Below, piece by piece: positions 1-12,470 of a DNA stretch of 64,000 nt. The notes beneath the pieces are model-generated. The model was not told where the DNA came from and did no database searches. It saw only the letters and a program-made list of their open reading frames with translations. A program made the translations under genes and the position numbers. The stretch comes from Eledone cirrhosa (lineage: Eukaryota), in the NCBI GenBank assembly GCA_964016885.1, contig OZ024749.1, forward strand, positions 36,208,001-36,272,000, given 5' to 3'. Each line of letters opens with the position of its first letter. Within the stretch, counting starts at the first letter, position 1.

Positions 1-361
1 AATCACGCCACTCCATTGATCAAACAACTGAAACACTAGTCACTGGAACTAACAGAAGTTCAACACTATCAAACAGAACAACTTATAATTAGTTCCTAAG
101 CTAGTTTCATCCAGCAGAAGTTAGTCCAACGTTCACAAATTATAGAAGTTTCTAACATTTATGTTGATAATTTGATGTGATATTTGCACACTTAATTAAA
201 CCAAATTAAATTTATTTTCAATATTCCTCTTGTATGAAACCGTCCCTGATTTTACAGTAAAAAAAAATTGTTTTATAGTGTTTGTATTTATTTAAAAAAA
301 AAAACCTTCCATCATAATTTTATATAAGAAACTTTAAGTTATGTTCTGAACACTAGCTTAA

Positions 362-559
362 CTCTTAAGCATTTACATTACTCTATATTTACTATTATAT
401 ATTCAAGGTAAAGGCTTTACTTCACATAATATCAAAGCTATAAGATTTTGATGTTATTTATTTTGAGAACAATACTTTAACACTGGTGTGAGCGGCTGAT
501 TTGAACAGAAAGAGGTGAAAAAATTCTGGCCGGATATGGCCGGTTTTAATGCTTAAGGG
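362..559. mobile_element. MITE-A, ~200-bp piggyBac-like non-autonomous element
   Basis: TTAA at 358-361 and 560-563, terminal inverted repeats ctcttaagcatt / aatgcttaaggg. Confidence 0.72.
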
Positions 560-569
560 TTAATAATGT

Positions 570-768
570 TTTTAAATTTAGGCACAAGGCCAGCAATTCT
601 GCAAGGATGAGCAAGTCAATTATATTGATCTCAGAACTTGGCTGGTACTTTATTATTTTATCAACTGTGGACAGATGAAAGGCAAAGTTAACCTCGGGAT
701 TTGAATTCAGAACAAATACTACTGTTTGTCCAACACTCTAACAATTCTACCAATCCGCCATCTTACAT
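570..768 (-). mobile_element. Family B SINE nested in a MITE
   Basis: ggcacaaggccagcaatt...gatgaaaggcaaagttaacctcgggatttgaattcag. TSD tagcttaataatg, whose left copy is interrupted by MITE-A. Confidence 0.75.
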
Positions 769-1441
769 TAGCTTAATAATGACAAAATTAGTTATATTGC
801 TAAATCACACAAAATATTTTATTATTTTCTAAATCACTTGAAAACCATCGGCAATGTCTTTTATTAGAAATATGGTAATGAAAGGGTTAAGGGGGCACAC
901 ATGGCAGAAATTCCTAACATTTAAGTTGATAAGTTGATAATTTGATGTGACATTTGCACTAATTAGAATCAAACTTAATTAAAACTAATATTTATTTCAC
1001 CCCTCACCCTCTCTCAAACACATGAATATCTAGTTCACTTAAGAAGCATTAGGAACATTTAAAATGTAGCCATCCCAATGCTAATGACTGATATAATAAA
1101 TAGTCAATCACTATGAATAATAGTTGAGTATCCTTGAGGGTGGGTCTCTTGTTGGTAATAAGAGAAAACTGGTATCTGCTATCCATATTAAATGAGGCCT
1201 CATATCTCCTCCCATTTTGGGTCAGTTTTCTTTCTTACAGTGTCTAGCTTGCAGTGTTTCTCTTCTTTACAAAACTTCATCTTGCTTTTCTCCACTAGTT
1301 GTGGTCTCTTGCCGTTGTTCATCCTCTTCACCCTCTCCCACTGTATCAGACAGTACTCTAAGCACCTGGTTATGTCATCGTGTATATCTGTTCTTCACTG
1401 TGTTGTTTGCTTTGTTGTTTCCGTTTCCTTTTTACATATAC

Positions 1442-1500
<59 letters not shown>

Positions 1501-1521
1501 CACTGTGTCTGTCTGTTGTAG

Positions 1522-1655
1522 ATATCCAGGAATTTTACGAAGTAACACTTTTAGATGATTCCAAGTCAACACAACAGAAGACTTTGGAAACTTTACAGAT
1601 TGCCAGTAAATGGGAAAAGGAACCACCAATCACAAATAGCCAACCCAAGTTCGAC
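1522..1655 (+). CDS. dlg1: Discs large 1 (SAP97/Dlg-S97-type MAGUK) internal coding exon, C-terminal part of the L27 domain
   Basis: Acceptor ttgtag|at at 1521/1522 and donor gac|gtgagt at 1655/1656. The 134-nt exon (phase 1 to 0) reads (D)IQEFYEVTLLDDSKSTQQKTLETLQIASKWEKEPPITNSQPKFD. This closely matches the recalled Drosophila Dlg-S97 segment DIQEFYELTLLDDSKSIQQKTAETLQIATKWEK and vertebrate DLG1 DIQEFYEVTLLD. It is absent from the ORF track. Confidence 0.93.
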
Positions 1656-1964
1656 GTGAGTTAACCTTTACTCTTTTTTCTTTCTTATTTTTATCATTGT
1701 TATTGCTAGTTTTTCTTTATTCTTGCAGAAACAAAAACAAAAAAAAACAAACTTGTTGAAAAAAGAACATTTGCAAATTTTCAGTCTTTTGTTTCTGAAT
1801 TATCTTTCTTGTTAAACCACACAACTTCTGATTGGTTGGATTTTACTTCTTCTTCATATCCTGTTGTACCACATGAACCAGCATTCAGATATTCTTGAGA
1901 CGTGTAGAACATTAGGTCTGCATCAAACTCTAACTCTACAAATTTTCGCAACAATCGGTTCATT

Positions 1965-2903
1965 ATGAGTTCAAATCCCGCCGAGGTTGACTTTGCCTTT
2001 CATCCTTACGGGGTCGATAAAATAAAGTACCAGTAATGCACTGGGTAATTGCTGGCCTTGTGCCTAAAGTAGAAACAATTATTTAAGATATGGGCGGTGG
2101 ATTGGCAGTATCGGTAGAGGGTCGGACGCCATGCTTTGCAGCAAAGAGTTACGGCCCCTTATGATCTGAGTTCAAATCCCGACGAGGTTAACTTCGCCTT
2201 TCATCCTTACGGGGGTCGATAAAATAAAGTACCAGTAATACGCTGGGATAATTGCTGGCCTTGTGCCAAAAGTAGAAACAATCATTTAAGATATGGTAAA
2301 CATTTAAATTAATAAACCCCCTTTTTCAGATATTTTCTGTAAATCATTACATTGTATTCAGAGTTAACATGGTGCTGAGATGGTAGCATTCTGACCTAAA
2401 TGTTTTTTTTCCATATTTAGCTATGTCCCTATATCTTGGTGAGGCCAACTTTGCCATTCATTCCTCCAGGGCTCGAAGTAAAGTACCAATCAAGTACTGG
2501 GATCAATATAATTGATTATTCCCTCTCCCCAGTTTCTGTTTGTGTATTTGTTACAATCAATTATTATTATTATTATAATGAACTGGTGATTGCTGGCCTT
2601 GTGCCTAAAGTAGAAACAATTATTATAAGGGCGATTAAAGTACCAGTAATGCACTGGGTAATTGCTGGCCATGTGCCAAAAGTAGAAACAATTATTATAA
2701 GGGTGATACATTCACAGTATTAGTAGCATGTCAGACACCATGCTTTGTGGCATACAGTTACATTCTGAGTTCAAATCCCACCTAGGTTAGCTTTGCTTTT
2801 CATCTTTACAGGGTCAATGAAATAAAGTACCTGTAATGTGCTGGATCGATTTAATTAACTTTTCCCTCCCCCAAAATTGCTGGCCTTGTGCCTATAGTAG
2901 AAA

Positions 2904-2940
<37 letters not shown>

Positions 2941-3170
2941 CATTGTAAAGTGGGTTGGTTAAATAGTTAAATTGTTGGACAAAATACTTTGGTTCATTTG
3001 TTTTGGCTCTCTAGATTCTGGTTTAAAATCTTACATAGGTCAAGTTTGCCTTTCAACTTTCCTGGGTCAATACAGTACCAGTCAAGTATCGAGCTTGATA
3101 TAATTAATTTCCCCTGACTCCTCTACCTAAAAACCACCTGACCACATGTCTACCTAAGATATTATTAATT
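1965..3170 (+). mobile_element. Cluster of about 7 co-oriented family B SINE copies and fragments
   Basis: The tail ctggccttgtgcc(t/a)aaagtagaaacaatt and body ctttgcctttcat recur at ~1965, 2094, 2440, 2590, 2635, 2720 and 2950. Confidence 0.75.
2094..2283 (+). mobile_element. Meta-domain-type tRNA SINE (family B) with 13-bp TSD
   Basis: B-box gagttcaaatcc, central gaggttaacttcgcctttcatcc..ggggtcgataaaataaagtaccag (resembles the Meta/Sauria-SINE domain from recall), tail gctggccttgtgccaaaagtagaaacaat. TSD atttaagatatgg at 2081-2093 and 2284-2296. Confidence 0.82.
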
Positions 3171-3811
3171 TTGTACAGTTGAAAAAAACTAAGTTCAACA
3201 CTATTACCAATATCACTGCCACCAACACCAGCCTCAACACATCACAATTATACCACCACTGCCACCACTATTATTCCACCACCTCCACCACCATTATTCC
3301 ACCACCTCCACCACCATTATTCCACCACTGCCACCAAAACTATTATACTACCCCTGCCACCACCACCACTATTATACCACCACACTATAAATATATAACA
3401 TGTTTCCTCCCATCATAAAATTATGTCACTAATAAAGTGGACAGCTGGAAATTGGATCTTTTTATTGCTTTACGTTTTATTACTAAATAATAAATGTGGT
3501 GTTTGTGGTGATGGTGATGGTACTGTTAGCTCACTGTGCAGGTGGTGGTAGTGCTAGGTCAGTGGTAGTGGTGGTGGTGGTGGCATTAGACCACTGGTGA
3601 TGGTTTTGGTTGTGTTATATCACTGCTGGTGGTGTAGTGGAGGTAGCATTATGTCAGTGGTTGTGTGGTGATGGTAGTGGTGTTGTTGTTGTTCAATTAC
3701 TGGTGTGGTAGTGGTAATAGAAGTGGGAAGTCAACTATCAGCCAAAATCTACCTGAAATCTCTATACATGTTAGATCTGACAGTGTCTAGTGGTCAATGG
3801 TGTACAAAATG

Positions 3812-4035
3812 GTGAGTACTTTACCCCAGATGATATAAGGGAGATGTGCTGAAAGATGAAAGAGCTCAGTCCACCTTGAGTGGCTCAGTGCTGGGTACTT
3901 TACCCCAGATGATGGTAAGGGGATGTGCTGAAAGATGAAAGGGCTCAGTCCACCTTGGGTGGTTCAGTAGTGAATACTTTACGCCAAAGGATAGTAAAGG
4001 GATGTGCTGGAAGATGAAAGAGCTCAATCCGTCTG
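3812..4035. repeat. Three 79-bp tandem units
   Basis: tactttac(c/g)cca at 3817, 3896 and 3975, each followed by gatgtgctg.aagatgaaag.gctca. Confidence 0.8.
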
Positions 4036-4894
4036 CCTTTACAGGTGACTATCTTCATCTTGATCCCAGTGAGTAGGAAGGTGGTTCAGTGACCTAGAGT
4101 GTCAGATATTTCCACTGTAATGGTTTTGATATTAAACCGCCAGAAAATGGTTAGTATTTGGAATATGACATGAAATATACAGCTCACATATATGCAAGTT
4201 TAACTGGCCGGATATGAGGATGTATATCATTGAGGGATACTTAGGTGTTTTAACAATTTGGGACCCAGTCCTGTCATGTTGTTACAGCTCGTACCCATGT
4301 AGGTTTAGCTGGCATCTTATGAAGTTGTATCTCACAAGGAAATTCTTGGGTGTTTTACCAATAGGGACCCAGACCTACCATGTTGTTACTGCTCATATCC
4401 ATGTAGGTTTAACTGGCTTCTTATGAGGTATCTCCCAGGGGAGTTCTTGGGTGTTTTAATGATAGAAAACCCAGTCCCATCAGGTTGTTATTGTCAGCTT
4501 ATACCTCTACAAGTTTAGCTAACCTCTTACAAGGTCACGTATCTTAAGTTTCTTGTGTGTTTGAATATTAATTCTTTCATTACCATATTTTTAATGAAAC
4601 ACACCCTGTGATTTTCAAATATTTTTGAAAATGAAGAATTTGGAGTGATGTTGTTATATAACTAACTTCCTAGTTATCAAGTTAGTGTTTAGAACATAAC
4701 AAAGATTTTTACATAAAATTATGATGTTTTTAGATAAATGAAAACAAACAGATTTGTATCATAGAACCGAAGATAGTTTCAAACAGTGTGGTAGCAAAGG
4801 CATCAATGTGGCTTTTATGGAGCTTTTCTTAATGTGGCATAAAATCCCATTGAGCTGGGATTAGTGTTAGTCTCTTTTGCTGCCAATACTAACT

Positions 4895-5068
<174 letters not shown>

Positions 5069-5856
5069 TTCTCTCTCTCTCTCTCTCTCGCTCTCTCTAT
5101 TTCTCTCTCTCTCTCTACACACACACACTCACTGTTTCTCTCCTACTCTCTCTCACACTGTCTTTTTCTGTCATGTACTCTCATTCACACATACTCTCTC
5201 ATTCTCCCTGTCTTTCTCTCTCTCAGACTGAAACTTTTTTCTACCATATAATTCTCTATTTAATTCCCAGTTTGGTCTCCAGTCTTCACGGCTCATTGAC
5301 TTGTCTTCACACTCATCAAGATAATGTTATCTTTTCAAACCAATTCCTGCTAAGTTTTTTTAATTTAATCTATATTTTTTTTTTATTTATAAAAAATCTT
5401 ATTTTGATAAAGAAATAAATTGTACCAAACCATTCTGTAACTAATGGTTAGTGTTTCAACCAAAAGTTAATTTAATTAGATCTTAAATACATCTCAACTC
5501 CATACTATACTTCTTCACTGTAAAATAAATGACTGTGTTTTTGTTGTTGTGGTTGGTGTTTTTTTTGTTTGTGGTTTTAGTGTTGGCATTGTTTTTGGTG
5601 TAGTATATTTCTGACTTTGTTTTATATTTTCTTTCCTTCATTGTATATATATATATACATCATTTAACATCCATTTTGCCATGCTAGCATGGGTTAGATG
5701 AGTTATATCATCAGCATACAGGAGTTTCCAAGGCCATCCTGTTTTAAACCCTTCTGCTATAGCCTGGAGGATGATAATAAACAGTATTTTTCTGTTTTTT
5801 TCTGTTCAGCTTTTAGCTGTCTGATGAGGTCATGACTGTTGCATAAGTTATTATTG

Positions 5857-5887
<31 letters not shown>

Positions 5888-6041
5888 ACAACAATTATAA
5901 ATAAATGAAGTAAATTCTAACCTGTTGTCATGTACCTCATGATTATAGTTATACTCTGGAGTAAACAGACCTATTTGTGTACTTCGTTAAGTGCTCTATT
6001 CTGCATACAATAGTGTTGGTGATTAACTAACACATACTTTA

Positions 6042-6074
<33 letters not shown>

Positions 6075-6257
6075 GTAGGTGTGTGTGTGTGTTCACATTA
6101 ATACAGAGACAGGGTAAAGAGTTATTGGTATATATATATATACATCTATGTTACTAAATATATACATAAATTGTTTCACACACACACACACACACAATGT
6201 TATATACAGTCTGTCAACTAAATAAATAAATAAATAAATATATATATATATATTTAT

Positions 6258-6602
6258 GGAGGCACATGGCTTAGTTGTTAGAACATTGGCCTTGCAATCG
6301 AAAGGTTGTGAGTTCAATTCTCAGACCGGGTGATGTGTTGTTTCCTTGAGCAAGACACTTTATTTCACATTGCTCCAGTTTACTCAGCTGTAGAAATGAG
6401 ATGATAGGGACTGAAGTCCCTATCATTCTACTGCAAAGTGGTCGTGGGGGTGCCACGACAAAAAAGCACCCAGCACTCACTGTAAAATGAGGTTGGTGTT
6501 AGGAAGGGCATCCAGTTGTAGAAATCAAGCCAGAATCAGTTTCCGTCCCATCCTTGCAAGCAGGGGAAAAGCGGACGTAAAATGATGATGATGATGATGA
6601 TG
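6258..6602 (+). mobile_element. CORE-type tRNA-derived SINE with RTE-derived tail (family A, full length)
   Basis: A-box-like tggcttagttg, B-box-like gagttcaattc, MIR/CORE-like ccttgagcaagacactt...ctccagtttactcagctgtagaaatg, tail ccttgcaagcagggg..gcggacgtaaaa(tga)n. Confidence 0.85.
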
Positions 6603-6704
6603 TTATATATATATACACACACATATACATACATATATGCACACACACACACACACACTCTGATTCTGTTAATATATCAGCCATTATTATAATTTAGACA
6701 CAAG

Positions 6705-6873
6705 AAGTAAACGTCTATGCTTTGACGCATAGAGTTACGGCCCTTGCCATTCTGAGTTCAAATCCCACCGAAGTTAACTTTGCCTTTCATCCTTACGGGG
6801 TCGATAAATAAATATAAATAAAGTACCAGTAATACACTGGGTAATTGCTGGCCTTGTGCCTAATGTAGAAACA
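6705..6873 (+). mobile_element. Family B SINE with 19-bp TSD
   Basis: TSD attataatttagacacaag at 6686-6704 and 6874-6892. Confidence 0.8.
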
Positions 6874-9800
6874 ATTATAATTTAGACACAAGTCCAACAA
6901 TTTTGAAGGAAGTGGAAAGTCAATTAAATTGGCTCAAGTACATGACTGGTGCTGTATTTTATTGGTTTCTAGTATTTCACTGGGGTTTTCCTCCTCTGCT
7001 CCCATATTTTTATGGTATTTTTTCTACCAATCACTGGTTTGGTTTGCCGTAAGAACCAAAGTCGTTTACTTCTTTGGACTGACTAGAAATAAAATCTAAC
7101 CTTCAGAAGTTGAGGTTTGTTACTGCATGCCTCTTTCTGTGTATGTGTGCACGTATGCGTGCACACACATACACATACTATATTTTTCCAGCTGATGTAA
7201 TTTGTTGGATGTGTTTGCAGACTTGATTTCTAAAAGTTTTTTTTTTTTAAATCTTTATTATTGTTGTTTATCTTTTTTTTTTTTTGTCACATTTTTTTAG
7301 AGTTTTTGAATTGAATTAAAACTTAATACAATACAATATACTAACACAATGATCAAAACCTTTCTTAAAGCCTTTATATTAAGTGGAAAATGGCATTTAG
7401 ATTTGACCATATTTTAAGATTCCATATCAAGTATGTTTGAAGAGTTCTGTAATTTGCTATCAGTTTCTCTAGTGGAAACATTGGCAACTGTGAAAACAAA
7501 CAATGTATTTGTGTTTTCTGTGTTTCTGTGTACACATTTCATATATTTTATGTTCTTTGTGCGTACATTTCATATGTTCTGTGCTTTTTTGTGTAGATAC
7601 ATTTAATATATTTAGTCTTTATGTGGATATATTTCATAGTGTTTTATGTGCATACATTTCATATATTTTGTGTTTTGTGGATACATTTCGTGCATTTTGT
7701 ATGCATACATTACATATAAGTTTTCTGTGGACACACTTCATATATTTAGTGTTTTTGTGTGCATACATTCCATATATTTCGTGTTTCTATGGATACATTT
7801 CATATTTTTGTGTTTTTATTAATACTAGTTTGGTTGTTTTATTTTGTGGAACTATTTTTATTCTTCTTCAGCTGTTAAACTTTCTGTAAAATAATAGTCA
7901 AATGGATTAAGATTTGAAATTGTACCAATGGTGTAAATTGTGTGTGTGTGTGTATGCATGTATATCTGTGTGTATACATATATATATACACACACACACA
8001 CATGCATACACACACATGACATGTATACACATACATATATACACACTTACATGTAAATGTATCGGATCTGTGTCTCTAATTTTCTCAAGTGAATATTGAT
8101 TTCAATGTGTATAATGAGTGTGTGTGTGTGTGTGTATATATATATGCATACATACTTGTACTGCAATACTTTTGAATGTACCTTCGCTGTGGTATAACTT
8201 CAATCTACATCCTTCAAAAAATCTTTTTTTCTCTTTTCTTTCTCTTTAGTAAAAAAAACAAAACATTTCTGTGATCTTTGCTATCTCAAAAACACAGCTA
8301 TGTTCCTCATTTTTTATTGTTTTATATTAACAACACATGCTTCCTCCTCTCTTTTTGACTCTCGTCTGTCTTTTTTTTTTTTTCCTTCTCTCTCTCTCTC
8401 AAACATCCTCTCCGCTTTCTGTTTCTTTCTTCTGATAAAGAACTTGTGTGCGAAATATTAAGACTTTTTCCAACTCTACCAAGTGTTAAACTAATATAAC
8501 ATTATTATATTCTATTGTATTCTTTTGCATTGTTTTTTTTTTTTATTATTGCATTTATATATATTTCTAAAAATAATTTTGTTTGACTCTCCATATATTT
8601 TTCTTGTTGTATATGGAAAACCATTATCACGTTCACAGAGGCCCTTTCTCTCTGTCTCAGTTTTCCAAGCAACTCTATACAGCTAGGAACCGTTGTTTTT
8701 TTTTTTTGTTTTTTTTTTTCTTTGAGATTTTCTAACCATTTTAGCAGAGAACATGAGAACTTGCTCTCATCTGGTGCTGATGTCCTGGACATTTGTCAAT
8801 CAACTTCCTGTCTTCGATTCCTTTCTTCACTTCAGTTACATAAGTAGAAACACTTCACTGGTACCTGGCCATTTTTTTGTTCTTATTTACTAACTCTGCT
8901 ACAACCTTCGCACTAGTACTTCGTGCCTTTTTCTATTTATTTTCTCAGGATCGGTATGTGTTCTTTGAGCCTTCTTTTTTTTCTTCAATTGGTCTTGGTT
9001 CAGTTTGTCATGCTTGTAGCTAGACTTTTGACAATGTATCCACAGAATTCTGTACCAAAAATTAATTCTAAAGACACAAATGTGAGAAAAAAATAATTTT
9101 TTTTCAACATAATTAAATTTAGTTGTATGAAAAAAACAAAAAAACAAAACAAAATAAAAAATAAACAAAAACCCTAAATTAAAACAAAATAAAACAAACC
9201 AAAACCAAGCCCATAAAGAAAAAAAAGTTTAATTACTGGCTAATTAAGGGTTAATACTTGATTAATGGGTAATTAATAAGTTGATGGGAAATTTTATAGC
9301 TAATTGATGGTTGGTTAATGGTAAATTAATGGCTGGTTAATGGTAAATTAATGGCTGGTTAATGGTAAATTGATGGCTGGTTAATGGTAAATTGATGGTT
9401 GGTTAATTGTAAATTGATGGTTGATTAATTGTAAATTGATAGTTGGTTAATAGTAGATTAATGGTTGGTTAATGGTAAATTAATTGTTATTTAATGGTTT
9501 TCATTCCTGATGGTTATTTCAATGGCTAAAGTCAGTTTAATTGATTGTTTAATGGTCTGAAATCTGATGCTTTAGCTATTTCTTTGAAACCAAATGAAAG
9601 TGGTAAACTTCAGATTCTTATTAGCTACAAAATGCTATATTATGATGATTTACCAATATTTTCCTTATACATAGTTCTTCATGTTGATGCGTGAATATAT
9701 ATATATGTATGTGTATGTATATGTATATATGTATATAGTGTATACAGAAGTTGTGACAGCACTGGTGCCTAGCTGTATTGGCCTTTGTTTTTCCCTTAGA

Positions 9801-10798
9801 CAATATTGGTGGCATAGAGGGGGGGGGGGAAATTTGCATGCATGGGTGACTGCTGCTCTTCTACAAATAACACCTTGCTCAGGCTTTCACCCTGGAGAGT
9901 AACTATCCAGGTTTAAATCCCAGGTTAGTCATTACCAAGGGGAGCTATGTAATATTTATGATTAACATCTTAATTTCATTAGAAATCTTGTGATGGTTTT
10001 TTTTTTTAAATGATTCTCCCAGAGTTTATTCTTGGTGCAGTACTCTGTCGGTATTTTGTGTTGGAATTTCATTTTGTTCAGAAAAAATATTTTTTTCTTC
10101 TTTTGTTGGATTATTATTATTATTATTTGATCTACTTTTCCTTTCCATCTACACAGTTAGTCAGACCAGCCAGCCAGCACCTCACTAAATTTGTTTTTGA
10201 TTTGGTTGTTATTATTACCATTAATATTATTATTATTATTATTATTTATTATTATTATTCACAATTTCTGGTTTTCCCCCTGCCCCTACACCCCACACTA
10301 AAATACTTTGCTGCCTGAGAATTTTTTTTTTTTTTAAATATAATTTTCAACTCAATCAGTATTAGTATTAAATGATAATTTTTTTTAAAATAAATAATTA
10401 ATTCCATAGAACTCCCAAGATCTGATATGGCTGCTTCACACTTAGCTTTGTTTATTTATTTATTTATTGTTTCTTCTTTTATATTTTTGAGCTCTGGATG
10501 GTTGAATGTGCTTTGGGCTTGATACATACGATATCTTGGCTTTCCTAACCCTTTTGATACCAAACCAGCCAAAAAGGCTCTGGTTCTATGAAACAAAATG
10601 ACCCATTTTAAAGGGTTCCTATTTAAATTACAATCTTCCAACATGATTTTATATAACAACCTTTCGTTAAGTTACTATCTTAATAATGAAATAATTAATA
10701 CATTTTTATAAAGCCCTCGAAAATTTTCACCAACTCTTTTGATACTGACTTAGCCAAAGCCAGCTCTGGTTCTTTGAAAAAAACCCCAACCATTTTAA

Positions 10799-11005
10799 CA
10801 CTTTAGCATTTACATTACTCTATATATACTATTGTATTTTCATGGTAAAAGCTTTATGTTGCATATCTCGCATAATATTGAATTTATGAGATTTTGATAG
10901 TATTTATTTTGAGAATAATACCTTAACTTCAGTATGAAAGGCTAGTTACAGCCAGTTTGAACAGAAAGAGGTGAGAGAATTCTGGCCAGTTTAAATGCTA
11001 AAAGG
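10799..11005. mobile_element. MITE-A copy with demonstrable TTAA duplication
   Basis: cattTTAA[cactttagcattt...aaatgctaaaagg]TTAAacggttcc, versus the empty paralogous site cattttaaagggttcc at ~10604. Confidence 0.8.
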
Positions 11006-11584
11006 TTAAACGGTTCCTATTTAAATTATAATTTTCCAACATAATCTATATAAGAACCATGTTAATATCTTAGTAATGAAATAATTGATAATTTTAATAA
11101 ACCCTTTAAAAATTTGTCATTCATTAATTGAAATAGTGTATTTCATCAAAAGTATGGTTCCGAAAGGGTTAAATTTCTTCAGTATTTGTATGCCTGCCTG
11201 CCTATCTGCCTGGGAGTGACTGTCTGTCTGTGTGGGAACATGGTGTATGATGTGTTTCCAAAATGCTGAAACTGGCTTCAAAAATTCTTCGGTGCCAAAC
11301 TTTAAAATGGCTGTAGTTAGCTTGTTTAGAGAACTGACTATATTTCTCTACTGTTTTAGTTTAGTTTATTTTGTCGATTGCTGATCTGTATGTGACCTGC
11401 ACACACACACACATACATATATGCACTTGTACACACACATGCATGCCCCTGCACACAAACACACATACTCTTTCTTATACACATTTGCACTCTCTCTTTA
11501 CACATATGTACACACACAAACACTGTGCGTGTGTATTTATATATATATATATATATACACACACAAACACTGTGCGTGTGTATT

Positions 11585-11618
<34 letters not shown>

Positions 11619-11702
11619 TACAATGTGATGTCCAAATGAAGACAAATGCTGATACGGAGTTGTCACAACTCATATACATTATATGTACATACACAACCTA
11701 TA

Positions 11703-11753
<51 letters not shown>

Positions 11754-12099
11754 CATGCTATACACACTATATATGATGGTGTCCAAGTGAAAGACACAGG
11801 CTGATATAGCTTGGCATTTGCGTTGTCACAACTCATATATGCACTATATATACATACACTTTATACACTATATATGATAGTGTCCCAGGGAAAGACATAG
11901 GCTAATACAGCTTGGCACCTGTGCTGTAATTCATTTTTACCAGCTGAGTGGATTAAAACAATGTGAAATAAAGTGTCTTGCTCAAGGACACAACACAACA
12001 TCCAGCTCAATAACGAGCCAAGCACACTAACCACTAAAGCAATTAAATACAAGACGTTTAATCTGTCACTTTACTTTCTTAGTCACCTTTGTCAATAAT

Positions 12100-12470
12100 A
12101 ATTGTTTCTACTTTTGGCACAAGGCCAGCAATTATCCCAGTGTATTACTGGTACTTTATTTTATCGACCCCATAAGGATGAAAGGCAAAGTTAACCTCGG
12201 CAGAATTCGAACTCAGATCATAAAGGGAGGTAACTCTATGCTTCAAAGCATGGCGTCCGACCCTCTACCGATACTGCCAATAATAATAATAATTTTTGAT
12301 TTTATATACAATCCCAGCAATTTTGGGGAGGGGATGTCGATTAAATCAACTTCAGTATGTTACTGGTACTTTATTTTATCGACCCTGTAAGGAAGAAAGG
12401 CAAAACTAACCTCAGTGGCATTTGAATTCAGAAAGTAAATGGCAATATTTACATGACACAAACTATGTTG
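12100..12470 (-). mobile_element. Two tandem family B SINE copies
   Basis: Reverse-complement tail and body at 12100-12280, with an older copy at ~12300-12470. Confidence 0.78.

Noticed and set aside
6258-6330. tRNA-like heads with A/B boxes
   Set aside because: SINE 5' regions continuing into CORE or Meta bodies. No complete cloverleaf could be supported.
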